This document shows, one piece after another, positions 21,479 through 30,183 of a stretch of DNA of 64,000 nucleotides (positions are counted from its first letter, which is position 1; every line of letters starts with the position of its first letter). Origin of the DNA: an uncultured Pseudomonadota bacterium (GTDB lineage Bacteria > Vulcanimicrobiota > Vulcanimicrobiia > Eremiobacterales > Eremiobacteraceae); NCBI GenBank assembly GCA_963736005.1, contig CAVTNB010000001.1, forward strand, positions 192,001 to 256,000, in the 5' to 3' direction. The position numbers and the translations under genes were made by a program. The notes below the pieces were generated by a model, which worked only from the letters and a program-made list of their open reading frames with translations, was not told the DNA's origin and did no database searches.

Positions 21479-22435
21479 ATGGATACGCTCGATTTTGTCA
21501 AAGTGACCGAGGCCGCGGCGCTTGCGGCGTCGCGCTGGATGGGGAAAGGCGAACGCGATAAGGCGGATGGAGCCGCCGTTGAGAAGATGCGCGAACTGCT
21601 CAACGACATGGATATCCGCGGCCGCGTCGTCATTGGTGAGGGCGAGCGCGACGAAGCGCCTATGCTGTTTATTGGCGAGGAAGTCGGCAGAGGCGGCGTC
21701 GAGGTCGATATCGCCGTTGACCCAGTGGAAGGCACAAATCTGGTCGCCAACGGTTTGCCGAACTCCATTGCTGTGCTCGCGGTGACCGCCAAGGGCGGGC
21801 TCCTCAATGCGCCGGACACGTACATGGACAAACTGGCGGTGGGCCCCAAGGCAGCCGAGTACATTCATATCGATGCGACGGTTGCAGAGAACCTCGAACT
21901 CGTGGCCAATGCGCTGGAGCGCTCGGTCGGCGATATCACGGTGGTCATCTTGGACCGACCGCGGCACAAGAAGTTGATTGAAGACGTGCGCGCTGCAGGC
22001 GCAAAGATCAAGCTCATCTCGGATGGCGATGTCGACGCCGCGATAGCAACTGCGATCGACGGCACGGGAATTCACGTCGCTATGGGTACCGGTGGCGCAC
22101 CCGAAGGCGTGCTCGCTGCGGCGGCGTTACGCTGTCTGGGTGGTAATTTCATGGGGCGGCTCAAACCGAGGAATGAAGACGAGATACGGCGTGCTAAGGA
22201 AATGGGCTTCGACGACGTCAACCGCATCCTGACCATGAACGATCTCGTGAAGCGAGATGACATCACTTTCGTCGCAACGGGCATCACCGACGGCGACCTT
22301 GTTCGAGGCGTACGCTTCTTCGGTAATGGCGCGCGCACTCACTCGATCATCATGAATAGCCACTCGAGCACGGTGCGCTTTGTGGAAACCGTCCACCGAT
22401 TCCGCGCGGAACCATTTCGGGTTCGACAGCACTGA
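21479..22435 (+). CDS. glpX: Class II fructose-1,6-bisphosphatase
   Basis: 'VIGEGERDEAPML.IGE', 'AVDPVEGT', 'GGAPEGV', 'ATGITDG'. Confidence 0.97.
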   Translation: MDTLDFVKVTEAAALAASRWMGKGERDKADGAAVEKMRELLNDMDIRGRVVIGEGERDEAPMLFIGEEVGRGGVEVDIAVDPVEGTNLVANGLPNSIAVLAVTAKGGLLNAPDTYMDKLAVGPKAAEYIHIDATVAENLELVANALERSVGDITVVILDRPRHKKLIEDVRAAGAKIKLISDGDVDAAIATAIDGTGIHVAMGTGGAPEGVLAAAALRCLGGNFMGRLKPRNEDEIRRAKEMGFDDVNRILTMNDLVKRDDITFVATGITDGDLVRGVRFFGNGARTHSIIMNSHSSTVRFVETVHRFRAEPFRVRQH

Positions 22436-22446
22436 AACTCCTCTCA

Positions 22447-22950
22447 TTGGTGACGCCCGATGCGATGGTCGAGCGCGTTTCCGACATTGGGCTTGGCCTG
22501 CTGCGCGAGTGGAACATCACCGGTATCGCCTTGGATCTCGACAACACGATCGTGCCGTGGCATACGAGCGACGTCGTGCCTGAGATCGCGCAGTGGGTGC
22601 GACAGGTGCGAGAGACCGGCGTTCGCTTTTGTTTGCTGACGAACAACTACGCGTCGCACGTTCGGCGAGTCGGCGCCGCACTTGACATGCCAGTCGTCCG
22701 CGGTGCCCTCAAACCGTTGCCGAGCGCGTTCTCGGCGGCACTTCGGCAATTACGCAGCGAGGCCAGCCAGTCGTTGTCGGTTGGCGATCAATTGTTTACC
22801 GATGTCCTTGGAGCAAAAGCTGTCGGGATGCGTGCGATCGTCGTCAAACCGCTGACCACTCGTGACTTTCCGACGACGCGGCTCTTGCGGATGCTTGAAG
22901 GACCAGTGTATGCACGGCTGCGGCGTACCGCCGGCTCCGCCTTGGCGTGA
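22447..22950 (+). CDS. yqeG: YqeG-family HAD IIIA phosphatase
   Basis: 'DLDNT', 'KP', 'VGDQLFTDVLG'; directly upstream of aroE. Confidence 0.9.
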   Translation: MVTPDAMVERVSDIGLGLLREWNITGIALDLDNTIVPWHTSDVVPEIAQWVRQVRETGVRFCLLTNNYASHVRRVGAALDMPVVRGALKPLPSAFSAALRQLRSEASQSLSVGDQLFTDVLGAKAVGMRAIVVKPLTTRDFPTTRLLRMLEGPVYARLRRTAGSALA

Positions 22951-22959
22951 GCGCAGGTC

Positions 22960-23718
22960 ATGCAACGCTATGCAATCATCGGAAGCCCCATTGCACACTC
23001 GCTGTCGCCTGCGATGCAACAGGCTGCTTTTGACACGCTGGGCGTCCAAGCAAGCTATGAGGCGATTGAGGCGACGTCCGCCAAGCCGATATTTTCGCAA
23101 CTGCGCGCAGCACAGTACAACGGCTGGAATGTCACAACGCCACTGAAGGAAGAGGCTGTTGCTTGCGTCGATCGGTTGACCGACGCCGCCTCTCGTGCGA
23201 ATGCCGTGAACGTCGTGCGCGCAGAGAATGGCGAGCTCGTCGGTCATAACACCGATGGAGCCGGCTTCTTGGCAGCCGTGGCAGAATTGTGGTCGTGGGA
23301 AGTGCGTAACGGCTCGGCCCTGATTTTGGGCAGCGGTCCAGCCGCACGAGCTGTCGCGCTCGAACTGATCGCAGCAAATATCGGTAGCGTATACTGCTGG
23401 TCGCGAAACCGAATGAAGGCGCTTGCGATTGGGCCGCTCCCCGAGCGGCCGGTTGATCTCGTAGTCTGTGCACTGCCCGCAAACGCGCGCGTTCCCCGGG
23501 AGGTCATCGAGGTAGCAACGCCCGCAAGAATGGTGTTCGATCTAAACTATCGCGCTTCGCGATCCCCAGCAGCGAACATTGCCAGCATGCACCGCAGCGA
23601 CGGTTTGCCCCTCCTCTTACACCAAGGTGCTCTTTCGTTTGTCTGGTGGACTGGGCAGGCGGCGCCTGTGGAGGTAATGCGTGCAGCGCTCGCGGCGCCT
23701 CCATTGGGAGCTCGATAG
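22960..23718 (+). CDS. aroE: Shikimate dehydrogenase
   Basis: 'G.PIAHSLSP', 'NVTTPLKE', 'GHNTDG.GF', 'DGL.LLLHQG'. Confidence 0.93.
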   Translation: MQRYAIIGSPIAHSLSPAMQQAAFDTLGVQASYEAIEATSAKPIFSQLRAAQYNGWNVTTPLKEEAVACVDRLTDAASRANAVNVVRAENGELVGHNTDGAGFLAAVAELWSWEVRNGSALILGSGPAARAVALELIAANIGSVYCWSRNRMKALAIGPLPERPVDLVVCALPANARVPREVIEVATPARMVFDLNYRASRSPAANIASMHRSDGLPLLLHQGALSFVWWTGQAAPVEVMRAALAAPPLGAR

Positions 23719-23779
23719 TGATAGCGATCACGCTGAGGTAGGCAGTGAGACTCGTTACGGGCAGAGCCGATGGTCAAGC

Positions 23780-24991
23780 ATGGCGGCGACAGCGCCCGAT
23801 GGCGGCGAGCTTGGACGAAGGATCGCGTATGTAGACGGATTGCGAGCGGTCGCAGTTTTGATGGTCGTCGCCTGTCATGCCGCAAAATGGGATCTTGGTT
23901 TAAGTCAGGGTCCCTGGTTGCAGGCTTTTTTGGACGGCGCGCACGGTGTCGATCTTTTCTTTGTTCTCTCGGGGTTCTGCCTTTCGTATCCGATTCTGAA
24001 CTCGCTGCACACACGAGGATGGGCCACCTTCGATATAGCGGGGTATTTCGCGAGGCGTGTTGTGCGCATCGTGCCGCCGTACTATCTTGCGATGGTGTTC
24101 CTTTATTTCTTGCTGCTCGGGCTACCGCATGTTGGCTGGCACGTGCCGCCAACATTCAGCCTGGCGAGGCTCGGCTGGCTAGATGTGGGCAGACAGGCTC
24201 TTTTTGCTGATCGAAGGGTCGAATTTTTGAACCCTTCCTTTTGGACGCTTGCGATCGAGTGGCGCTGGTACTTCCTGTTTCCACTCTTGCTCGTGCTCTG
24301 GACTCGATCCATGCGAGCGTTTGTTTTTGCCCTCCTTGCATGCATCGTCATCGCGGCCTCAACGAATGCAGGGTCCGATTTTTCGGTCCTGCCAGCCTTC
24401 ATGCTCGGCATTGTGGCAGCCCAGCTCGAGCTTGACAGGGCTGCCTTCGGCCGCCTTGCGCTCTTGTTGTGCGCTCTTTCGCTGTCGGTGACCGTCCTCT
24501 TGGAACCCAACGCTATGCTCGGCTATTTCATGCAGATTCCCACCGGCTGGCAAGTTGCAGCATTCTTTTTGGTCGTGGCTGCCGGAAGTCTACGTTGGCT
24601 TCGTGCGATTTTGTCCGTGAGACCACTTGTATGGATCGGCGTGTCCTCGTACAGCATCTACCTAATCCACGAGCCGCTCATTGCGACGATCGAGCACAAT
24701 TCGCGCGTCACGCCGTTCCTCGGCGCGATCCTCGTGGTCGCGTTGGGAATTGCATTTTGGGCGGTTTTCGAGAGACCGTTTATGACAAAGCCGCTCAAAG
24801 GGCGGCTGGTGAAATTCTTGCAGTCGAGGATTCTGTCTGTTGTGGACGTTGCCGGCGTACCGAGGCTCATCGATCTAAGACGGGCTTCTGGGAGCGCCTC
24901 ACCGCTGCCGCCGGTTGAGGCCGCTGCGCCATCCCCCGGTGGAAGCGAGGACCTTATCCGCGTCTTTGAGCCGGGTCACTCGGTACGGTGA
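23780..24991 (+). CDS. Acyltransferase-3 (OafA-like) membrane O-acyltransferase
   Basis: 'DGLRAVA', 'GVDLFFVLSGF', 'RR..RI.P.Y', 'WTLAIEW.WY', 'SYSIYL.H'. Confidence 0.93.
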   Translation: MAATAPDGGELGRRIAYVDGLRAVAVLMVVACHAAKWDLGLSQGPWLQAFLDGAHGVDLFFVLSGFCLSYPILNSLHTRGWATFDIAGYFARRVVRIVPPYYLAMVFLYFLLLGLPHVGWHVPPTFSLARLGWLDVGRQALFADRRVEFLNPSFWTLAIEWRWYFLFPLLLVLWTRSMRAFVFALLACIVIAASTNAGSDFSVLPAFMLGIVAAQLELDRAAFGRLALLLCALSLSVTVLLEPNAMLGYFMQIPTGWQVAAFFLVVAAGSLRWLRAILSVRPLVWIGVSSYSIYLIHEPLIATIEHNSRVTPFLGAILVVALGIAFWAVFERPFMTKPLKGRLVKFLQSRILSVVDVAGVPRLIDLRRASGSASPLPPVEAAAPSPGGSEDLIRVFEPGHSVR

Positions 24992-25121
24992 GCCGTCCGG
25001 ATGGCGTGCAAGGAAAGTTCATATACAATGCCGGGTACCTTCGCCCGAAGGGACGGCAAAGAGGCCCCCAAAAGACGAAAAGTAGCCGGAAAGCGGATGA
25101 AAGGCTGGGTCAAGCCGACCC

Positions 25122-25148
25122 TACAGGTCCGCCTCGAGATGCCGATAG
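25122..25148 (+). promoter_or_regulatory. Sigma28-like promoter upstream of pilT
   Basis: TACA-N15-GCCGATAG versus consensus TAAA-N15/16-GCCGATAA. Confidence 0.55.
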
Positions 25149-25239
25149 TCTAAGTAAGTCCGCTGCGAGTCCTCATGGGGACTGGGCTTGCATGTGGTCC
25201 GGCTCCATTGTCCCAAAAAAGAACGGAATCGAGAAGTAA

Positions 25240-26328
25240 ATGGCAGCGAATGTAAGCGATCTCCTCGGCCTGCGCATGGACGAATTGATGCGCGTGACGA
25301 TCGAGCGCGGCGCATCGGACTTGCATATGAGCGTCGGCCTTCCGCCGATGCTGCGCATTGACGGACGCCTCACCCCAACAGAATTTCCGAAACTCAGTCC
25401 CGACGACACGAAGCGTCTGATTTACAGCATTCTCACCGACCAGCAAAAGGAAAAGTTCGAGAAGAATCTCGAGCTCGACTTCTCGCACGGTTTGAAAGGT
25501 TTTGGGCGTTTCCGTATCAACGCGTTTCGCCAGCGCGGTGTCATCGGCGCAGTGTTCCGAGCGATTCCCTCGTCTGTGCCTCCGCTCGGCAGCCTGAACT
25601 TGCCGCCGGTCATGGGGGACTTGACGATGCGCCCACATGGCTTGATTCTGGTTACCGGGCCCACCGGCTCTGGTAAGTCAACGGCTTTGGCCTCCATGAT
25701 CGACATCATCAACGCGACGATGGCTCGCCATATCATGACCATGGAAGACCCGGTCGAGTACTTGCACTTCCACAAGATGTCGATCGTCAATCAACGCGAG
25801 ATCGGACATGACTCCTACAGTTTTGCCAACGCGCTGCGAGCAGCGCTCCGCGAGGACCCAGACGTCGTGCTCGTCGGCGAAATGCGCGATATGGATACGA
25901 TTGCCACGACGCTGACCATCGCGGAAACAGGCCACTTGGTGTTCGCGACGCTGCATACGTCAGATGCGGCGCAGAGCATCGACCGAATCATCGACGTGTT
26001 TCCCGCACACCAGCAGCAGCAAATTCGGGTGCAGCTGGCGGCGGTGATTGAAGCGATCGTCTGCATGCGGCTGCTGCCGCACGCTTCAGGCGTCGGCCGC
26101 GTTCCCGCGACCGAAGTTATGATCGCGACGCCGGCGATCCGCAATCTCATTCGTGAAAACAAGTCTCACCAAATTCACAACGCCATCGTCACGAGCCGGG
26201 GAATGCACATGCAAACCTTCGACATGTCGCTGCGTGACCTGGTTCGCAAACACATGATTACTGAAGATGAAGCCCTTGCGGCATCGATGCATCCGGAAGA
26301 GCTTCGTAAACTCATCGAAGGCTCGTAA
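25240..26328 (+). CDS. pilT: Type IV pilus retraction ATPase
   Basis: 'ASDLH', GPTGSGKST, 'ALREDPDVVLVGEMRD', 'AETGHLV..TLHT', 'AIRNLIRE'. Confidence 0.97.
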   Translation: MAANVSDLLGLRMDELMRVTIERGASDLHMSVGLPPMLRIDGRLTPTEFPKLSPDDTKRLIYSILTDQQKEKFEKNLELDFSHGLKGFGRFRINAFRQRGVIGAVFRAIPSSVPPLGSLNLPPVMGDLTMRPHGLILVTGPTGSGKSTALASMIDIINATMARHIMTMEDPVEYLHFHKMSIVNQREIGHDSYSFANALRAALREDPDVVLVGEMRDMDTIATTLTIAETGHLVFATLHTSDAAQSIDRIIDVFPAHQQQQIRVQLAAVIEAIVCMRLLPHASGVGRVPATEVMIATPAIRNLIRENKSHQIHNAIVTSRGMHMQTFDMSLRDLVRKHMITEDEALAASMHPEELRKLIEGS

Positions 26329-26343
26329 CAAGGGGGACCTACA

Positions 26344-26415
26344 ATGCAAATATCGTTACTGTGGTTGTTGCTTCTGTTAGTCATTCTCTTGGTCGGTCAA
26401 GCAACGAAGCTTTAA
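26344..26415 (+). CDS. Putative 23-aa single-TM peptide (MQISLLWLLLLLVILLVGQATKL)
   Basis: AGGGGG ribosome-binding-like site upstream of the ATG, continuous hydrophobic stretch, occupies the pilT-pilC gap. Confidence 0.45.
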   Translation: MQISLLWLLLLLVILLVGQATKL

Positions 26416-26465
26416 GCTTCGCTGCCGCACCCGAACCAAGGCTAGTAAACTCGAGGATCTAACGT

Positions 26466-27704
26466 ATGCCGAGCTTTGCCTATCAAGCGAAAGACGCAAG
26501 CGGAAAATCCGTCAATGGCGTCATCGAAGCGGAAAACGAGCGCGTCCTGCGCGCCAAACTCCGCGAGATGAACTACTACGTCACGGGCATCACGCAGAAA
26601 CAGACCGCGGGTCTGAATGCGGATGTCCAGACGTTGTTTGGAGGCGTCATTGGCAAACTCAAGGGGGTCAGCGAACAGGCGCTTGTCGTCTTTGCGCGGC
26701 AGTTCGCCACGATGATCAACGCCGGGTTGGCGATGGTGCGATGCCTGGACGTGCTTGGCATTCAAACTGAGGACGCCCAGCTCAAGCCGGTGATCGTGCA
26801 GGTCCGCAGAGAGGTCGAAGGCGGCTCCACGCTGGCCAACGCGCTGGGCAAGTTCCCGAAAGTCTTCTCGCCGCTCTTCACCAACATGGTTCGAGCGGGC
26901 GAGCTTGGCGGTATCCTCGACGAAGTGCTCAACCGCCTTGCCGGTTTTCTTGAAAAAGACTTCAACCTCAAGAAGAAGGTGAAGTCGGCGATGACCTACC
27001 CCATGGTCATTTTGGTCATGGCTGTCGTCATCGTGTTCTTCTTGGTGACCTTCATCTTGCCGACGTTCGTCAGCCTCTTTGTCGGCATGAACATGAAGCT
27101 GCCGCTACCGACGAAGATCCTCATCGGCTTCACGGAGGGCGCGCGCAATCCGTTCATCGTCGGCATCTCATTGGTTGTTTTGATCGTCGGGTTCATTCTC
27201 TTCAAGCGCTGGACGGCGACCCAAACAGGCCGCTACCAGTTCGACAAGTTCAAATTGAAGCTGCCGGTGTTTGGCATGTTGATTCGCAAGGTCGCGATCT
27301 CGCGCTTTTGCCGCACGCTTGGTGCCTTGCTGCAATCCGGCGTTCCGATCATGCAGGCTCTGGAAATCGTCGGTAAGGCTTCCGGCAACGAAGTCATTGC
27401 GGAAACGGTGACCAAGGTGCGCGAGTCGGTGCGCGAAGGCGAGTCGATTGCCGTACCGTTGAATTTATCTGGACTGTTTCCACCGCTCGTCACGCAGATG
27501 GTCGCGGTCGGTGAGGAAACCGGTAACCTGGACGGCATGCTCAGCAAGATCGCTGACTTCTATGATGTCGAGGTCGAGTATATGCTGGCCTCGTTGACCT
27601 CGCTCTTGGAACCGCTGTTGATCTTGGCGATGGGTTTCGTTGTGGGCTTCATCGTTATCTCAGTGTTTCTGCCGCTGTATCAAATCATCGGCAACATAAA
27701 GTAG
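26466..27704 (+). CDS. pilC: Type IV pilus platform protein (T2SSF family)
   Basis: 'F.RQFATMI.AG', 'AGE.GG.LD', 'SAMTYP', 'VGEETG.LD.ML.KIADFY'. Confidence 0.96.
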   Translation: MPSFAYQAKDASGKSVNGVIEAENERVLRAKLREMNYYVTGITQKQTAGLNADVQTLFGGVIGKLKGVSEQALVVFARQFATMINAGLAMVRCLDVLGIQTEDAQLKPVIVQVRREVEGGSTLANALGKFPKVFSPLFTNMVRAGELGGILDEVLNRLAGFLEKDFNLKKKVKSAMTYPMVILVMAVVIVFFLVTFILPTFVSLFVGMNMKLPLPTKILIGFTEGARNPFIVGISLVVLIVGFILFKRWTATQTGRYQFDKFKLKLPVFGMLIRKVAISRFCRTLGALLQSGVPIMQALEIVGKASGNEVIAETVTKVRESVREGESIAVPLNLSGLFPPLVTQMVAVGEETGNLDGMLSKIADFYDVEVEYMLASLTSLLEPLLILAMGFVVGFIVISVFLPLYQIIGNIK

Positions 27705-27708
27705 CGTC

Positions 27709-28464
27709 ATGGCGACACAGGCTGTTGCCGCGGAAGCCAGCGAGACGGAGTTCAAAGCGTACGCGCACAGCAAAACGCTTGAACTCCGGGATCGTCTTGT
27801 GGTGGCGCACATGGGCCTGGTCAAGTCCATCGTTTCCCATTACGCGCCGAATCAAGGGCAAGCACAGCGCGACGACCTCGAGCAAGTGGGTTTCGTCGGC
27901 CTCATTAAGGCGGTCGAGCGCTACGACCCAAGCCTCGGGGTCCCTTTTGAAGCCTATGCCCGGACGGTGGTCTCTGGGGAGATTTTCCACTACCTGCGTG
28001 ACCTCGCTCCCTTGCTGCGGGTGCCGCGCTGGTACCGAACGCTCAATCGCCAGCTGCATGAATCGCACGACCGACTGGTCGTCAACCTCGGACGAGAGCC
28101 GACTCTGGAAGAACTCGCGACGGACATGAACGTGCTTGTCGACGGCGTCAAGGAAATCTTGCGCCTGCGAGACTCGTACAACCTCATGTCGTTGTCGGAG
28201 CGGGGCGATCTCAGTGAGGATCGACCGCGCTTGTCGGCGATTCGCAGCACGCGCCACCAGACATTCCGGCTCCCGATCGAAGACCGCATTGTCTTAGATC
28301 GCGCGATCGAAGGCCTGGCTGAGTTCGAGCGGCGCGTGGTCGAACTGTTTTTCTATAAAGATCTCACGCAGACCGAAATCGCGCGCCGCTTAGGATTCTC
28401 GCAAAAACATATTTCGCGGACGCTCGCAAGCACGCTCCGAAAGCTTAAAGAAGAGATCCGTTGA
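27709..28464 (+). CDS. Alternative sigma factor, SigB/SigF/SigG type
   Basis: 'DDLEQVG.VGLIKAVERYDP', 'GEI.HYLRD...LRVPR', 'LGREPT.EELA', 'TQTEIA..LG.SQ.H.SR'. Confidence 0.92.
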   Translation: MATQAVAAEASETEFKAYAHSKTLELRDRLVVAHMGLVKSIVSHYAPNQGQAQRDDLEQVGFVGLIKAVERYDPSLGVPFEAYARTVVSGEIFHYLRDLAPLLRVPRWYRTLNRQLHESHDRLVVNLGREPTLEELATDMNVLVDGVKEILRLRDSYNLMSLSERGDLSEDRPRLSAIRSTRHQTFRLPIEDRIVLDRAIEGLAEFERRVVELFFYKDLTQTEIARRLGFSQKHISRTLASTLRKLKEEIR

Positions 28465-29936
28465 CCCAAGCGACCCCTCGATTAACGCGAGTCAGTACTG
28501 ACTTGGGTTGGTTCGGCTTGAGCCTTGCCTTGCTTATCGGTGTCGTGACGCGTTTCTGGCACCTGGGCGCGGCCAGCCTCTATACGGACGAGGCGTTTAC
28601 CTTTGCGATGGGTGGCTTTGGCGTACCCGCGCTGCTGCATAACCTGACGACGAGCGACTTTCACCCACCGCTTTTCTACCTCCTGACGCACTATCTCATG
28701 AAGCTGCACTGGCCACTGTGGGATTACCGCTACGTGACGGCGCCATTTGGCATCTTGACGATCGTTGCAACCTGGGGCGCCGCGCGGCGAATGTTTGACA
28801 GCTCGGTTGCAACGCTGTCAGCTGTCATGGTCGCGCTTTCACCAGCGCTCATCGTCTACGACCGGATGTTTCGGATGTACGCAGTGCTTGTTGCCCTTGC
28901 TACGCTCTCATGGTGGGTGTTGGTCGAAGCCGAGCAGGCGGTGGGCCGCAAGCGCACGATGCTCTGGGTGACCTATGCAGCAGTCGCGGTCATCTTAGCG
29001 TACACGCACTACCTTGGTTTTCTCATGCTGGCGTGTCAGGCGGTCTACTCGGCCTCTCGATTTCGTACAAATAAGCCGGCTTTCTTTGGCTACGCGCTGG
29101 TTTTGGTATCGTACGCTCCGTGGGTGGGTCATCTACGGCAGCAGTTGCCGCTCGGCGGGCTCGCCTTGAGTCGCCCGGGCTTTGATGCGGGGCTGGCGGC
29201 AAGTTTGCGTGACGCCTTCGCGATGGGGACACCCGACTCGCTGCTCTCATGGCCCGGGGGCGCTTGGATTCCTTTTCTTGTCGTCGCGGTGGTTGTAGTC
29301 GCGGCAAGCTGGCTCGCGTGGCGAAGCGCGCTCCCATTTTGGGTGGCAGCTCTTCCGCTTGCAATTGTTGCGTCGGTCGTACTTGGCACAAACCTTGCGT
29401 ATTTTCCAAGGTATCTGCTGATCGACATTCCGCCCGTGGCGATCGGAGTCGGTGTGATCGTGCGGTCGATTGCCACCCACCAGGCGCGAATCTTTGCCTG
29501 GGCAGTTGCTGTGGCGAGCATTGCTTTCTTGGCGGTGGGTGCCCAAAATGTTTTGCTCGACCCGTATTATCAGTTTCCCAACTGGTACGCGGTGAATGCG
29601 TTGATGCTTCAGGGCGAACAGCCAGCTGACGCGATCGTCCTTGACGCCGGCTACGAGCGGCTTGTGGTGCAAAACTATACCGCGTTTCGCGGTCGCGCGC
29701 TCCTGAGTTTTATGAATCCAACAGATTTCACCCCAATCCTGGGGTGGATTCGCGATCATCCACGCGCGCGAGTCTGGTACATCGAGCATCAATACGTGTA
29801 TTGGGACCCCAATCGGCGAATCGCACTTGCCTTAGCACACGACCGGCCACAGTTGCTCCAGCAACATTTTGCGCGCCAAGCAGCGGTCAACGACGTGACC
29901 GTGCTGCTCTTTGACAAAGTGCCGATGACGAAGTAG
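28461..29936 (+). CDS. GT-C fold glycosyltransferase (ArnT/PMT-like), pilus-locus paralog 1
   Basis: 'DEAF', 'SDFHPPLFY', 'RMYA', multi-TM. Confidence 0.87.
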   Translation: MTQATPRLTRVSTDLGWFGLSLALLIGVVTRFWHLGAASLYTDEAFTFAMGGFGVPALLHNLTTSDFHPPLFYLLTHYLMKLHWPLWDYRYVTAPFGILTIVATWGAARRMFDSSVATLSAVMVALSPALIVYDRMFRMYAVLVALATLSWWVLVEAEQAVGRKRTMLWVTYAAVAVILAYTHYLGFLMLACQAVYSASRFRTNKPAFFGYALVLVSYAPWVGHLRQQLPLGGLALSRPGFDAGLAASLRDAFAMGTPDSLLSWPGGAWIPFLVVAVVVVAASWLAWRSALPFWVAALPLAIVASVVLGTNLAYFPRYLLIDIPPVAIGVGVIVRSIATHQARIFAWAVAVASIAFLAVGAQNVLLDPYYQFPNWYAVNALMLQGEQPADAIVLDAGYERLVVQNYTAFRGRALLSFMNPTDFTPILGWIRDHPRARVWYIEHQYVYWDPNRRIALALAHDRPQLLQQHFARQAAVNDVTVLLFDKVPMTK

Positions 29937-29940
29937 TGAG

Positions 29941-30172
29941 GTAGGTAGTGTCGCGAATTTATTCGCGAGGTAGGTAGTATCGCGAATTTATTCGCGAGGT
30001 AGGTAGTATCGCGAATTTATTCGCGAGGTAGGTAGTGTCGCGAATTTATTCGTGAGGTAGGTAGTGTCGCGAATTTATTCGTGAGGTAGGTAGTATCGCG
30101 AATTTATTCGCGAGGTAGGTAGTGTCGCGAATTTATTCGCGAGGTAGGTAGTGTCGCGAATTTATTCGCGAC
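29941..30172 (+). repeat. Tandem array of 8 x 29-bp family-B REP units
   Basis: Unit GTAGGTAGT(G/A)TCGCGAATTTATTCG(C/T)GAG repeated head-to-tail 8 times, no spacers. Confidence 0.97.
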
Positions 30173-30183
30173 GTGGGAGAAGA

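Noticed and set aside
25030..25207. tmRNA, 6S RNA, SRP RNA or lysine riboswitch
   Set aside because: No T-arm or tag ORF, no SRP helix-8 motif, no uninterrupted rod structure, and only scattered lysine-riboswitch words; kept only as an unclassified leader candidate
24988..25239. 83-aa ORF filling the gap before pilT
   Set aside because: No clear ribosome-binding site or motif; the region is better explained by promoter and hairpin elements
29941..30172. CRISPR array (29-bp palindromic repeats)
   Set aside because: Units are contiguous with no unique spacers, no cas genes are present, and the unit occurs singly elsewhere as a REP
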